A stretch of DNA of 31,025 bases from a virus (IMGVR_UViG_3300020044_008050:1-31025); one strand, 5' to 3'. Shown: positions 1 to 8,556, counted from the first letter of the stretch. Notes: generated by a model from the sequence alone, not told the origin. Program-made: numbers and translations.

Positions 1-807
1 CTTGCTATTAAGACGAACGGCACCCTTTGGTCATGGGGGGAAAACAATAGGGGCCAACTAGGCCAATTAGACCTCATAAACCGTTCCTCGCCAGTTCAAA
101 TAGGAGCAGTTACTAATTGGTCGCAGATTGCTGCCGGGGGTAATACAGGATTTGCGCTCGCCATAAGAACAAATGGCACTCTATGGGCGTGGGGTTACAA
201 CAGATTTGGTCAGCTTGGGATTGGAATAGCTTACAATGCGGGCGATCCGGCTGCCTCTTACGACGTATCAAGCCCGGTACAAGTAGGGGCGCTAACAACG
301 TGGTCAAAGGTAGCTGCTGGCAACAACCACGCTCTTGCCATTAAGACAGACGGGACTCTTTGGGCGTGGGGCAGAAATGCGGACGGGGCGCTAGGGCAAA
401 ACAACCTTATATATCGTAGTAGCCCAGTGCAAATTGGGGCATTAACCACATGGTCTCAGGTTTCAGCAGGGTCTTCGTTTTCCTTCGCTATTAAAACCGA
501 CGGTACTATGTGGAGTTGGGGGATGGGGAGCAGTGGCCAGCTTGGCCTTAACAGCACCGCCTACCGCTCCTCTCCGGTCCAAATTGGCGCACTAACTACA
601 TGGGCGCAAGTTTCAGGAAACAGTAGTGGCGCTCTTGCGATTCAAACGAATGGTACACTGTGGAGCTGGGGTCTTGGTAACAATGGCCGACTTGGCCTTA
701 ACGATATTGCCAATCGCTCTAGCCCAGTTCAAGTTGGGGGATTAACAACATGGCTGCAACTGCCCACTGGGCCTATGTCAAACTTTTCAATGGCGATCAA
801 AAAATAA
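1..807 (+). CDS. RCC1-repeat beta-propeller protein, 5'-truncated by the window edge (putative receptor-binding/tail appendage protein)
   Basis: Frame 1 is open from position 1 (LAIKTNGTLWSWGENNRGQLG...) to TAA at 805-807; the track shows only 427..807. It has ~50-aa repeats AIKTDGTLW.WG.N..GQLG.....RSSPVQ.G.LT.W. Confidence 0.88.
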   Translation, partial: LAIKTNGTLWSWGENNRGQLGQLDLINRSSPVQIGAVTNWSQIAAGGNTGFALAIRTNGTLWAWGYNRFGQLGIGIAYNAGDPAASYDVSSPVQVGALTTWSKVAAGNNHALAIKTDGTLWAWGRNADGALGQNNLIYRSSPVQIGALTTWSQVSAGSSFSFAIKTDGTMWSWGMGSSGQLGLNSTAYRSSPVQIGALTTWAQVSGNSSGALAIQTNGTLWSWGLGNNGRLGLNDIANRSSPVQVGGLTTWLQLPTGPMSNFSMAIKK

Positions 808-839
808 CCATGAACAACCCATCAGGCATGAGGTGCTAA

Positions 840-1985
840 ATGCCATCGTATAGCGGTGTTTGGACACTACAAGCTCAGATGCAGGCCGAGGCTGCGGGTA
901 ATTGGCCGAAGCCGCCTATTCAGGGGGGCATATGGAGTTGGGGTCAAAATACTAACGGCGCTTTGGGTATTAACAACACTGCTTCCCGATCAAGTCCTGT
1001 TCAAGTTGGCTCGTTAACAGATTGGTCTCAGGCAGCTGCTGGGACTCTTTTTACTATAGTAACTAAAGCTGATGGAACATTGTGGGCATGGGGCAAAAAC
1101 AACCAAGGTCAATTAGGTCTTGGTGATACCGTTTACCGTTCAAGCCCAGTCCAAGTTGGTGCTTCAACAGATTGGTATAGTGTGGCATGTGGAGGAGAGC
1201 TGTCGCTTGCTGTAAAAAGTAACGGCACATTGTGGTCATGGGGCGGGAATTCTAGCGGGGAACTTGGGCTAAATGATACAGCAAGTCGGTCCAGTCCGGT
1301 GCAGGTTGGCGCTCTAACAAATTGGAATCAAGTGGCTGCTAACAATAATGTTGCTGCTGCCGTTAAATTGGACGGAACTCTTTGGACTTGGGGGAATGGC
1401 GGGAGCGGACGACTAGGTTTGGGTAATAATGTTAACCGTTCCAGCCCTGTTCAAGTTGGGGGGTTAACAAATTGGTATGAAATAGCTGTTGGTAACGCAT
1501 TTATGGTGTCCACTAAAACAGACGGCACTCTGTGGGCATGGGGGGTAAACTTTAATTATGGTCAGCTTGGTTTAAACAACACAGTTGACTGCAGCAGCCC
1601 TGTTCAAATAGGTTCTTTGACAAATTGGTATAAAGTGACTGCGGGGAAAGAACATACAGTTGTAGTTAAAACAAACGGCACAGCGTGGGCATGGGGACGC
1701 AGTAATTTAGGGCAGGCTGGTCTTGGAAATACTACAAACAGATCAAGTCCTGCGCAAATAGGCGCATTAACTAACTGGTCAAGTGCGGCTGCTGGCGAAT
1801 ATCACAGTATTGCCATTAAAACCGACGGAACTCTTTGGGCGTGGGGGTATAACAGTTCTGGCCGTCTCGGCCTCAATGACACAGCCAGCCGCTCCTCGCC
1901 TGTTCAAGTTGGCGCACTGACTACATGGGCAAGGCTTCCAAGAATGTCACTCAGTAAAAGCTCTTTTGCTATCAAAACATCATGA
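840..1985 (+). CDS. RCC1-repeat beta-propeller protein (7 repeats), putative tail appendage
   Basis: 381 aa with seven SSPxQ-containing repeats, SD GAGGT upstream, and a short N-terminal SGVWTL...NWPKP leader. Confidence 0.9.
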   Translation: MPSYSGVWTLQAQMQAEAAGNWPKPPIQGGIWSWGQNTNGALGINNTASRSSPVQVGSLTDWSQAAAGTLFTIVTKADGTLWAWGKNNQGQLGLGDTVYRSSPVQVGASTDWYSVACGGELSLAVKSNGTLWSWGGNSSGELGLNDTASRSSPVQVGALTNWNQVAANNNVAAAVKLDGTLWTWGNGGSGRLGLGNNVNRSSPVQVGGLTNWYEIAVGNAFMVSTKTDGTLWAWGVNFNYGQLGLNNTVDCSSPVQIGSLTNWYKVTAGKEHTVVVKTNGTAWAWGRSNLGQAGLGNTTNRSSPAQIGALTNWSSAAAGEYHSIAIKTDGTLWAWGYNSSGRLGLNDTASRSSPVQVGALTTWARLPRMSLSKSSFAIKTS

Positions 1986-3751
1986 ACAAAACTCTTCACT
2001 TCCTCTCAGGCGTTCCCCGTTCAGGCTCAACAGTTCTAGCTGCAATCCTGAATCAGAACCCGATGACGCATGTATCCACTACGTCTGCGCTGGGTGCTGC
2101 TCTGGACGGTCTGGCTACGGCATGGCACCGGGATAACCTTCTGGTCAGCAACGACCCCGAACGCAAGAAGCTGGCTCACACAATGCGTGGGGTGATTGAT
2201 GCGTTTTACGAAGAAGTCCCGAAGCCCGTTGTTATCGACAAAGCCCGTAACTGGCCGATTCCTGTCATCATGCAGGCTATGGGGCAAGTCCTTGGGCACA
2301 AGCCCAAGATCATCGCAACAGTGCGCTCAATCCCTGACTGCATGGCTTCCTTCGTGCGCGTAGCAAAGCCCACTGACCTTGATGACTTCCTTGTCAACGG
2401 GTCGCTGGCAAACCACCTGAAAGGCTCCTACCAGACGCTCCAGCAGGGCTACGACTACGACCCTGAGTGCTTTCTGTTTGTGGAGTACGAAGACCTGTTG
2501 GCCGACCCCAAAGCTCAGCTGAGCCGTATCCACGCATTCCTCGACCTGCCCGACTTCAACTACGACTTTGCCAACATCGACGGCTCTACGGTGAAAGAGG
2601 ATGACGAGAACCTGCACGGTTACTCTGGCCTGCACGACATCAAGCCCGTGCTGGAAAGACAACACAACGACAGCCCCAAGGACGTACTGAAGCACCACTA
2701 CCCGCAGTTCTGTCAGCCTGAGTTCTGGCTGGATAGACCTCGCACCGTCCCCGATATCCACGACCTTGATCTGCAACTGGTGGCCTCGAAGATGGGTGAC
2801 TTTGCCGAAGGCTGGAGACTCTGCCAGAAGCTGGAGAAGGAAGAGCCTGATAATCACCGAGCGGCTTATAACCGTGGTTGGTATCTCTTGCGTCAGGGCC
2901 AGATACAGAAGGGCTATCAACTGCTGGATCGTGGTCGCATTGTTAACGTCTTTGGTAACGCCAAGCCTAACGTCCCGACTGTTGCGTGGGATGGTAAGAG
3001 CAAGGGCATCGTCATGCTCCACCTGGAAGGCGGTCTGGGCGATCAGATCCACCAGGTCAGGTACGCCAAGTCAATTGCTGATCGTGGCTGCAAGGTGATC
3101 GTGTCCTGCTCTGGCCCGCTGGCGTCCCTGTTCACCGATGTAGAAGGCGTGTCCGCTGTGATCCAACACGAAGCGAGCTTTGGTATTTACCACGACTACT
3201 ACGTGCAGGGCATGTCCGCTATCGTGCCTCTGGGCCTTGAACTGGACGATCTGTCGGGCAAGCCATACATCACCAGACCCAAGGCAATCAAAGCCCGCAG
3301 TAAGCGCATAGGACTCCGGTGGCAGGGGCAGTCAGCCTTCGAGGCAGACCACAACAAGAAGTTCCCCTACGACCTCATGTTCAATGCAGTGAAAGACGTA
3401 GACGCTGAGTTCATCTCCCTGCAACGTGACGAGGGTGCCGATTCCTGCCCGGCATGGGTTAAGCAAGTCCCGCTGGATAGCTGGGAAGACACCCGCCTGG
3501 CTGCGGCATCGTGTGATCTGGTGATTTCGGCGTGTACTTCCGTGAGCCATTTGGCTGCTTCGATGGGCGTGGAGACTTGGGTTGTAACCCCGGTAATGCC
3601 ATACTTCCTCTACGCGCTGGAGGGAGACACCTGCCCCTACTACGACACAATGAAGCTCGTCAGGCAGGAGGTGTTCGGTGATTGGACGGCTCCGTTCGAG
3701 AAGATTAAAGAGCGCCTTGGCGAGAAAAAAGCACTGAGGAGAGTCAAGTGA
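1982..3751 (+). CDS. Sulfotransferase + TPR + GT-B (GT9-like) glycosyltransferase fusion
   Basis: The N-terminus has the PAPS-binding loop GVPRSGSTVL, the 3'-phosphate motif ATVRSIPDCMAS and YEDL. A TPR-like segment (AAYNRGWYLL) follows. The C-terminal EGGLGDQI...RY, IGLRWQG, FISLQ and DLVISACTSVSHLAASMG motifs are typical of TPR-associated GT9-like domains. ATGA overlap with the upstream gene. Confidence 0.85.
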   Translation: MNKTLHFLSGVPRSGSTVLAAILNQNPMTHVSTTSALGAALDGLATAWHRDNLLVSNDPERKKLAHTMRGVIDAFYEEVPKPVVIDKARNWPIPVIMQAMGQVLGHKPKIIATVRSIPDCMASFVRVAKPTDLDDFLVNGSLANHLKGSYQTLQQGYDYDPECFLFVEYEDLLADPKAQLSRIHAFLDLPDFNYDFANIDGSTVKEDDENLHGYSGLHDIKPVLERQHNDSPKDVLKHHYPQFCQPEFWLDRPRTVPDIHDLDLQLVASKMGDFAEGWRLCQKLEKEEPDNHRAAYNRGWYLLRQGQIQKGYQLLDRGRIVNVFGNAKPNVPTVAWDGKSKGIVMLHLEGGLGDQIHQVRYAKSIADRGCKVIVSCSGPLASLFTDVEGVSAVIQHEASFGIYHDYYVQGMSAIVPLGLELDDLSGKPYITRPKAIKARSKRIGLRWQGQSAFEADHNKKFPYDLMFNAVKDVDAEFISLQRDEGADSCPAWVKQVPLDSWEDTRLAAASCDLVISACTSVSHLAASMGVETWVVTPVMPYFLYALEGDTCPYYDTMKLVRQEVFGDWTAPFEKIKERLGEKKALRRVK

Positions 3752-4962
3752 GCCAGAAATACCCCGGTGGTCTAATCACGAAGTCCCCGCCTGCTACTGT
3801 CGGCCCTGTTGATGGCGAGGGCGGCTCTGCGCCGGGTATCTGGACTCTGACTCAGGCGTTGGAGTTGAACAAGCAGAACCTGTGGCCGAAGCCTCTAATC
3901 CCAAGGCAGCTATGGGGCTGGGGCACTAACACCAACGGGCAGCTTGGCCTCAACGACACAGCAAACCGCTCGAGTCCGGTGCAAGTTGGTTCTTTAACTA
4001 ATTGGTCTATGATTGCGTCAGGACAATATCAGGTTTTAGCCACAAAAGCAGACGGCACACTTTGGTCTTGGGGGCGTAATTATTTCGGTGCGTTGGGTCT
4101 TGGAAATACTATTAACAGCTCCAGCCCCGTGCAGGTAGGCGCGTTAACAACGTGGTATCAAGTAGCTTCTGGCAACAACCACGCTCTTGCCATTAAGACA
4201 GACGGCACACTTTGGAGTTGGGGGTCAAATGCTCAGGGCCAGCTTGGCCTTGGGGATGTTGCAAATAGGTCTAGTCCCGTACAGGTTGGGGTGCTGACAA
4301 CGTGGTATCAATTAGCTGCTAGCAGATATATGTCTTTTGCTATTAAAACAGACGGCACGATGTGGAGCTGGGGTTATAACAGCGATGGTGAGCTTGGTCT
4401 TGGAAATGTTGCGTACCGCTCAAGCCCTGCTCAAGTTGGCACGCTAGCAACGTGGTCTAGGGTGGCTTCTGGGTTTAGCCACGCCGTTGCCATTAAAACA
4501 GACGGAACGCTCTGGAGTTGGGGGAGTAACAATCAAGGTCAGCTCGGTCTTGGAAATACTATTAACCGCTCCAGCCCAGTGCAAGTAGGCTCGTTAACAA
4601 ACTGGGCGCATATAGCTGCGGGCACTCGAGTTAACATTGCAATTAAAACTGACGGCACCTTGTGGAGCTGGGGGGCTGGCGGCAGTGGTCAGCTTGGTCT
4701 TGGAGATGTTGCGTACCGCTCAAGCCCGGTCCAAGTAGGGGCCCTCACTACATGGACTGAAATAGCTGTTGGCACTAGGCACGTTATTGCCAAAAATACT
4801 AGCGGCGCATTATGGGCTTGGGGGCTTAACAGCAGCGGACAGCTTGGCCTCAACGACACAGCAAACCGCTCCAGCCCTGTGCAGGTAGGCGCATTAACAA
4901 CGTGGTCGCGTCTACCAAAAATGCCTTCAAGCATATCATCCTTCGCCCTCAAAACACCTTAA
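3748..4962 (+). CDS. RCC1-repeat beta-propeller protein (7 repeats), putative tail appendage
   Basis: 404 aa, GTG start overlapping the previous stop (GTGA), seven exact 50-aa (150-nt) repeats, N-terminal YPGGLI...APGIWTL...LWPKP leader. Confidence 0.9.
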   Translation: MSQKYPGGLITKSPPATVGPVDGEGGSAPGIWTLTQALELNKQNLWPKPLIPRQLWGWGTNTNGQLGLNDTANRSSPVQVGSLTNWSMIASGQYQVLATKADGTLWSWGRNYFGALGLGNTINSSSPVQVGALTTWYQVASGNNHALAIKTDGTLWSWGSNAQGQLGLGDVANRSSPVQVGVLTTWYQLAASRYMSFAIKTDGTMWSWGYNSDGELGLGNVAYRSSPAQVGTLATWSRVASGFSHAVAIKTDGTLWSWGSNNQGQLGLGNTINRSSPVQVGSLTNWAHIAAGTRVNIAIKTDGTLWSWGAGGSGQLGLGDVAYRSSPVQVGALTTWTEIAVGTRHVIAKNTSGALWAWGLNSSGQLGLNDTANRSSPVQVGALTTWSRLPKMPSSISSFALKTP

Positions 4963-4977
4963 ATCAGGAGATACAAA

Positions 4978-5376
4978 ATGTTCTTTGTAAAAATTGTAAA
5001 CAACGAAGTAACCCAGTGCTGGGACACTCAGCCTCCCGCTGGCGAGTCCGGCTGGAAATCCGCCGTTGAGGTGCGCCCTGCTCTGACGCCAAACCGTCAG
5101 CAGTACACCAGCCACAGCTTTGACATCACCAAAGACCCTGTCGAAATTGTCTGGGGCGTCGTTGATATCACCCCCGAAGATCGCAAGGGTGGTATGCGCT
5201 CGCAGGCTGCTGCTGAGTTCCAGCAGGTTGTAAACGAGGAAATGCGCAAGGAAGTCGATGAGTTCCCTGAAACTCAGTACAACGCTGCTACTGTTGACGC
5301 TGCCCGTGTAGCCTTTGAAACGAAGGTCACTGCAATCAACGCAGCCACTACGCACGAAGAACTGGATGCGCTGTGA
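4978..5376 (+). CDS. Tail fibre assembly/chaperone-like protein
   Basis: 132 aa, strong SD AGGAG, directly after a fibre-like gene. The C-terminus AINAATTHEELDAL resembles Tfa/DUF4376-type endings. Confidence 0.55.
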   Translation: MFFVKIVNNEVTQCWDTQPPAGESGWKSAVEVRPALTPNRQQYTSHSFDITKDPVEIVWGVVDITPEDRKGGMRSQAAAEFQQVVNEEMRKEVDEFPETQYNAATVDAARVAFETKVTAINAATTHEELDAL

Positions 5377-6068
5377 GACTGAACTTCTCGTATGACATGA
5401 CACCATCGAAAGCCTACATCATCCGTGTAGTGGGTAATGCTGCCTCTGAAGAAAAGGCAGCTCGGTGTGCCGTGTCATGCGAGAAAGTAGGCCAGCCCTA
5501 CGAGTTCTGGGACGCCTACGATGGTTTAGCAGACGAGATCAAAGCACCTGCTCATCACAATCCGATCATGGACTGCATCAAGGTCACGGATCATTACCTG
5601 ACCCGTGGCGAAGTAGCGTGTGCCTTGTCCCACATAAGCCTATGGGCTAAGTGTGTACTGGAAGACAAGCCTCTGGTGATCCTGGAGCATGATTCAGTGA
5701 TGGTGCAGCCTTATACACAGCACGCTGTCTTCAACTCGATCTGTTACTTGGGATCGCACGAGCAGGTGAAACTTGGCTGGCAGGTATCTGCTACGCCACC
5801 CCACGCGACTGAGGGTGAGAACTACCACTTCATCTGTCGTGCCCATGCGTATGCAATTGATCCGGCTGTGGCGAAGAACCTGCTGGCCTACGTCATCAAA
5901 ATGGGTATCTGTACCTCCCTTGATATGCTGATTCGGGCTGACCTGTTCCCCATTCACCAGATGGGCATATACGCTTACAACGTGTTCGAGAGCAGAGAAG
6001 AAACTACCATCAAGGGCCGAGCCTTAGAGGGCCGGGCTACCAAGCGCAACGATAATTTGTTGGTGTAG
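5373..6068 (+). CDS. Glycosyltransferase family 25 protein
   Basis: GT25 motifs AYIIRV, FWDAYDG, GEVACALSHISLW, VILEHD and AHAYAI. GTGA overlap with the upstream gene. Confidence 0.85.
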   Translation: MRLNFSYDMTPSKAYIIRVVGNAASEEKAARCAVSCEKVGQPYEFWDAYDGLADEIKAPAHHNPIMDCIKVTDHYLTRGEVACALSHISLWAKCVLEDKPLVILEHDSVMVQPYTQHAVFNSICYLGSHEQVKLGWQVSATPPHATEGENYHFICRAHAYAIDPAVAKNLLAYVIKMGICTSLDMLIRADLFPIHQMGIYAYNVFESREETTIKGRALEGRATKRNDNLLV

Positions 6069-6077
6069 GAGTAGATC

Positions 6078-6320
6078 ATGGAAATCGAAGAAAACACTCT
6101 CCGCCAAGTTATCCGCGAAGAGATGAAGTCAGTCCTGCGCGAGATTGGACTGCATGACGACGATGCTGGAACCGATGTCCGTGATTTGCGCACCCTGATT
6201 ACTGACTGGCGCGGGATGAAGAAAACCATCTGGCAGACTGTGGCCCGTGCCGGGACGATGTTCGTGCTTGGCCTTCTGATGTTTGGTGCGTGGACTAAGA
6301 TTAGCGGAGGTGACGAATGA
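6078..6320 (+). CDS. Small membrane protein with one C-terminal TM helix (lysis region)
   Basis: 80 aa, SD AGGAG, hydrophobic AGTMFVLGLLMFGAW segment. Confidence 0.65.
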   Translation: MEIEENTLRQVIREEMKSVLREIGLHDDDAGTDVRDLRTLITDWRGMKKTIWQTVARAGTMFVLGLLMFGAWTKISGGDE

Positions 6321-6679
6321 GTGACGAGAATCCCGAACGCTACGAGACAGCAAAAGAAGTGGCCGGCAAAGCTATCGGCAAGTACGGCCTGGCGTACATC
6401 ACAACCATCGTGTTGATCGGTGTCGGCTCGTCCTACTTCCTGACTGAGTCTGCTATCACTGCCGTGATGACCATGGTTGGTGGTGCGTTAGTCGCGCTTA
6501 TCAACATGATGAATGGCATCGCTGGCACTGCCGAGAAACCTGAGCGTCCTGAGTTTGAAGTGATCCAGCACCTGATTGCCAAGCTGGCAGAGAAAGAACC
6601 CCCGATGCGCGTTGACGTTGAAGAAGGCAAGGTCACGGTGCGCAAGGGCGACGATATTACGACGATGAAGGCGGAGTAG
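6317..6679 (+). CDS. Two-TM membrane protein (holin-like, unproven)
   Basis: 120 aa with two hydrophobic segments (GLAYITTIVLIGVGSSYFL; AITAVMTMVGGALVALI), SD GGAGGT and an ATGA overlap. Confidence 0.6.
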   Translation: MSDENPERYETAKEVAGKAIGKYGLAYITTIVLIGVGSSYFLTESAITAVMTMVGGALVALINMMNGIAGTAEKPERPEFEVIQHLIAKLAEKEPPMRVDVEEGKVTVRKGDDITTMKAE

Positions 6680-6684
6680 GTGTT

Positions 6685-7161
6685 GTGCTCGATCCCATCA
6701 CAGCGTTTGCCACTGCCTCGGCGGCGTTTAATTTCGTCAAACGGGCGGTTGAAGCTGGCCGGGAAATCGAGGACGTAGGCTCGCAGCTGGGAACCTGGTT
6801 CAGTGCGTGCGCCGACCTCAAGCAGCATGAAGAGGAAAGCCGTGATCCTCCATTGTTTAAGAAGCTGCTGAACAAAGGCTCAGTCGAGCAAGAGGCGATG
6901 GAAAACCTCATGCGACGCAAGAAAATAGAGCAGCAGGAGAAAGAGCTTCGTGAGCTTATTGTCTACCGGTTCGGTGTTGAGGCCTACCGCGAGATGATGG
7001 ATGAGCGCAAACAGCTTAAGGAGGGCAGAGCACGTACTGCCATGCTCCAGCGCAGACGTAGGGCCAAGACTATTCAGAACGCAATCGCGGTGGTCTTGAT
7101 CGTTGGAATTTTTGCAGTACCAGTTGCAGTATCAATGTGGTTACTCGGAAAGGTTGAATAA
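6685..7161 (+). CDS. Coiled-coil protein with a C-terminal TM anchor, function unknown
   Basis: 158 aa, GTG start, MLDPITAFATA N-terminus, charged helical middle and a hydrophobic C-terminus after an Arg cluster. Confidence 0.65.
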   Translation: MLDPITAFATASAAFNFVKRAVEAGREIEDVGSQLGTWFSACADLKQHEEESRDPPLFKKLLNKGSVEQEAMENLMRRKKIEQQEKELRELIVYRFGVEAYREMMDERKQLKEGRARTAMLQRRRRAKTIQNAIAVVLIVGIFAVPVAVSMWLLGKVE

Positions 7162-7163
7162 CA

Positions 7164-7655
7164 ATGCTAACTCTACTCTCTACACTTGCCAGCTTTCTAA
7201 CCGGCGGCTTGCCCAAACTGCTTGAACTGTTCAAAGATCGTGGCGATAAAAAGCATGAGCTTGAGATGATGCGCATGTCCGTCGAGCGCGAGATGCAGAT
7301 GGCAGAGCGTGGCCTGGTTGCCCAGCAACGGATTGAGGAGATCCGGGCAGACGCAGCAATGGCTCAGGCTGCCGCTTCTGAAAGGCTGGCTCTGTACCAG
7401 CACGATACCGATATTGGCCAGGGCGCTCCTAAGTGGGTCATCGGCCTTCGAGCCTCGGTACGTCCGGTCATCACGTACTGCATGTTTTTCATGCTCTGCT
7501 TGATCAACGCATTCGGCTGCTGGTATGCAGTTAAACAAGGAGTTCCGTTCTATGATGCGCTGGGCGTGTTGTGGACGGAAAATGATCAAGCCTTGTTCGC
7601 CTCGATAATAGCATTTTGGTTCGGTTCGCAGGCTTTCGGCAGTGCGCGTAAGTGA
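7164..7655 (+). CDS. Holin of the 3-TM GTA-holin-like type
   Basis: W...LRASVRPVITY and FASIIAFWFGS motifs; lies immediately upstream of, and overlaps, the endolysin. Confidence 0.7.
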   Translation: MLTLLSTLASFLTGGLPKLLELFKDRGDKKHELEMMRMSVEREMQMAERGLVAQQRIEEIRADAAMAQAAASERLALYQHDTDIGQGAPKWVIGLRASVRPVITYCMFFMLCLINAFGCWYAVKQGVPFYDALGVLWTENDQALFASIIAFWFGSQAFGSARK

Positions 7656-8139
7656 CGTTGGCAAGCAGCTCATCAAGGACTTCGAGGGCGTCCATCGGCG
7701 CCCTTACTTGTGCCCGGCAATACTGTGGACAGTGGGTGTGGGAAGAGTCCTGTACCCGGAGCAGAACAAGCTCAAGATACCCGAGCGCAAAACCTACCCA
7801 CTGAAGCCTGAGCATGATAAAGCGTGGTCTGATGAGGCAGTTAATCTACTTTTTGATGCAGACCTCATTAGGTTTGAGAGCGGGGTTTTACGATATTGTC
7901 CTGATAGCGTTACTAGCCAAAGCCAGTTTGATGCCCTGGTTGCCTTTGCCTTTAACTGCGGCCTTGGCTCCCTTCAGGCTTCTACTCTCAGCCGTCTGTA
8001 TAACGCCGGGGATATAACGGGTGCAGCAGCGGAGTTTCCAAAATGGAACAAGGGCGGGGGCAGGATATTACCGGGACTGACCCGGCGCAGGCTGGCGGAG
8101 CAGGCGCTGTTCCTGAGCGGGAATCCCGCAGCGATTTAA
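7642..8139 (+). CDS. Endolysin, GH24 phage lysozyme
   Basis: IKDFEG...PYLCPAILWTVG (E-x8-C-x5-T), QFDALVAFAFNCG and FPKWNKGGGRILPGLTRRRLAE motifs. Confidence 0.93.
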   Translation: MRVSDVGKQLIKDFEGVHRRPYLCPAILWTVGVGRVLYPEQNKLKIPERKTYPLKPEHDKAWSDEAVNLLFDADLIRFESGVLRYCPDSVTSQSQFDALVAFAFNCGLGSLQASTLSRLYNAGDITGAAAEFPKWNKGGGRILPGLTRRRLAEQALFLSGNPAAI

Positions 8140-8270
8140 TTGCCACCAGGCTCGGGATATGCAGCCAGTGTCCCAAGCTGACCGATGTCAGTGTCTGCCG
8201 TGAGTGTGGGTGCTACATGCCGGTCAAAGTGCTGTTCAGGGGTGTAAAATGCCCCTTGGAACACTGGTAG
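8043..8270 (+). CDS. Small Cys-rich (probable metal-binding) protein, DUF6171-like
   Basis: RLGICSQC...CRECGCYMPVK...CPLEHW pattern. The start is uncertain: the upstream ATG lies inside the lysozyme gene, giving a 97-nt overlap. Confidence 0.6.
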   Translation: MEQGRGQDITGTDPAQAGGAGAVPERESRSDLIATRLGICSQCPKLTDVSVCRECGCYMPVKVLFRGVKCPLEHW

Positions 8271-8276
8271 ACCTGA

Positions 8277-8305
8277 TTGTCGGGTCAAACCCTATTGGGT
8301 ACAAT
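8277..8305 (+). promoter_or_regulatory. Sigma70-type promoter
   Basis: TTGTCG (8277-8282), 17-nt spacer, TACAAT (8300-8305), in one of the few intergenic gaps, upstream of the tail/internal-virion operon. Confidence 0.6.
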
Positions 8306-8358
8306 GATTTAACCGCGGAAGCTGCACGAGCCTCCATTCACCGATCCCGGAGACTGGA

Positions 8359-8556
8359 ATGGCTTGCGCGTACATGATCACATGCCCCACCGGCAAGTCT
8401 TACGTTGGCGTCACGTCAAATTTGACCCACCGCCTGCGAGAGCATAAAAGCAAGTCTCGCCCTCCCGTCAACTGCTTGCTTTGCAAAAAGGCAGTCCCGG
8501 TCCACGTGCTCAAGCGCCACTTTGCTGCATTTAGCGCGAAAGGGGGTGCAAATTGA
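8359..8556 (+). pseudogene. Internally deleted GIY-YIG homing endonuclease remnant
   Basis: AY-x9-YVG..S.L..R...H N-terminal GIY-YIG motif joined directly to a CxxC...H tail. Only 65 aa, with no room for the catalytic Glu helix. SD GGAGA is intact. Confidence 0.65.

Noticed and set aside
3900-4920. CRISPR-like regular spacing of repeats
   Set aside because: The 150-nt period is the 50-aa RCC1 blade. The repeats are degenerate and in frame, and there are no cas genes.
1-4962. Diversity-generating retroelement acting on the RCC1 repeats
   Set aside because: There is no reverse transcriptase in the window, all repeat copies are coding, and differences between copies are not confined to adenines.
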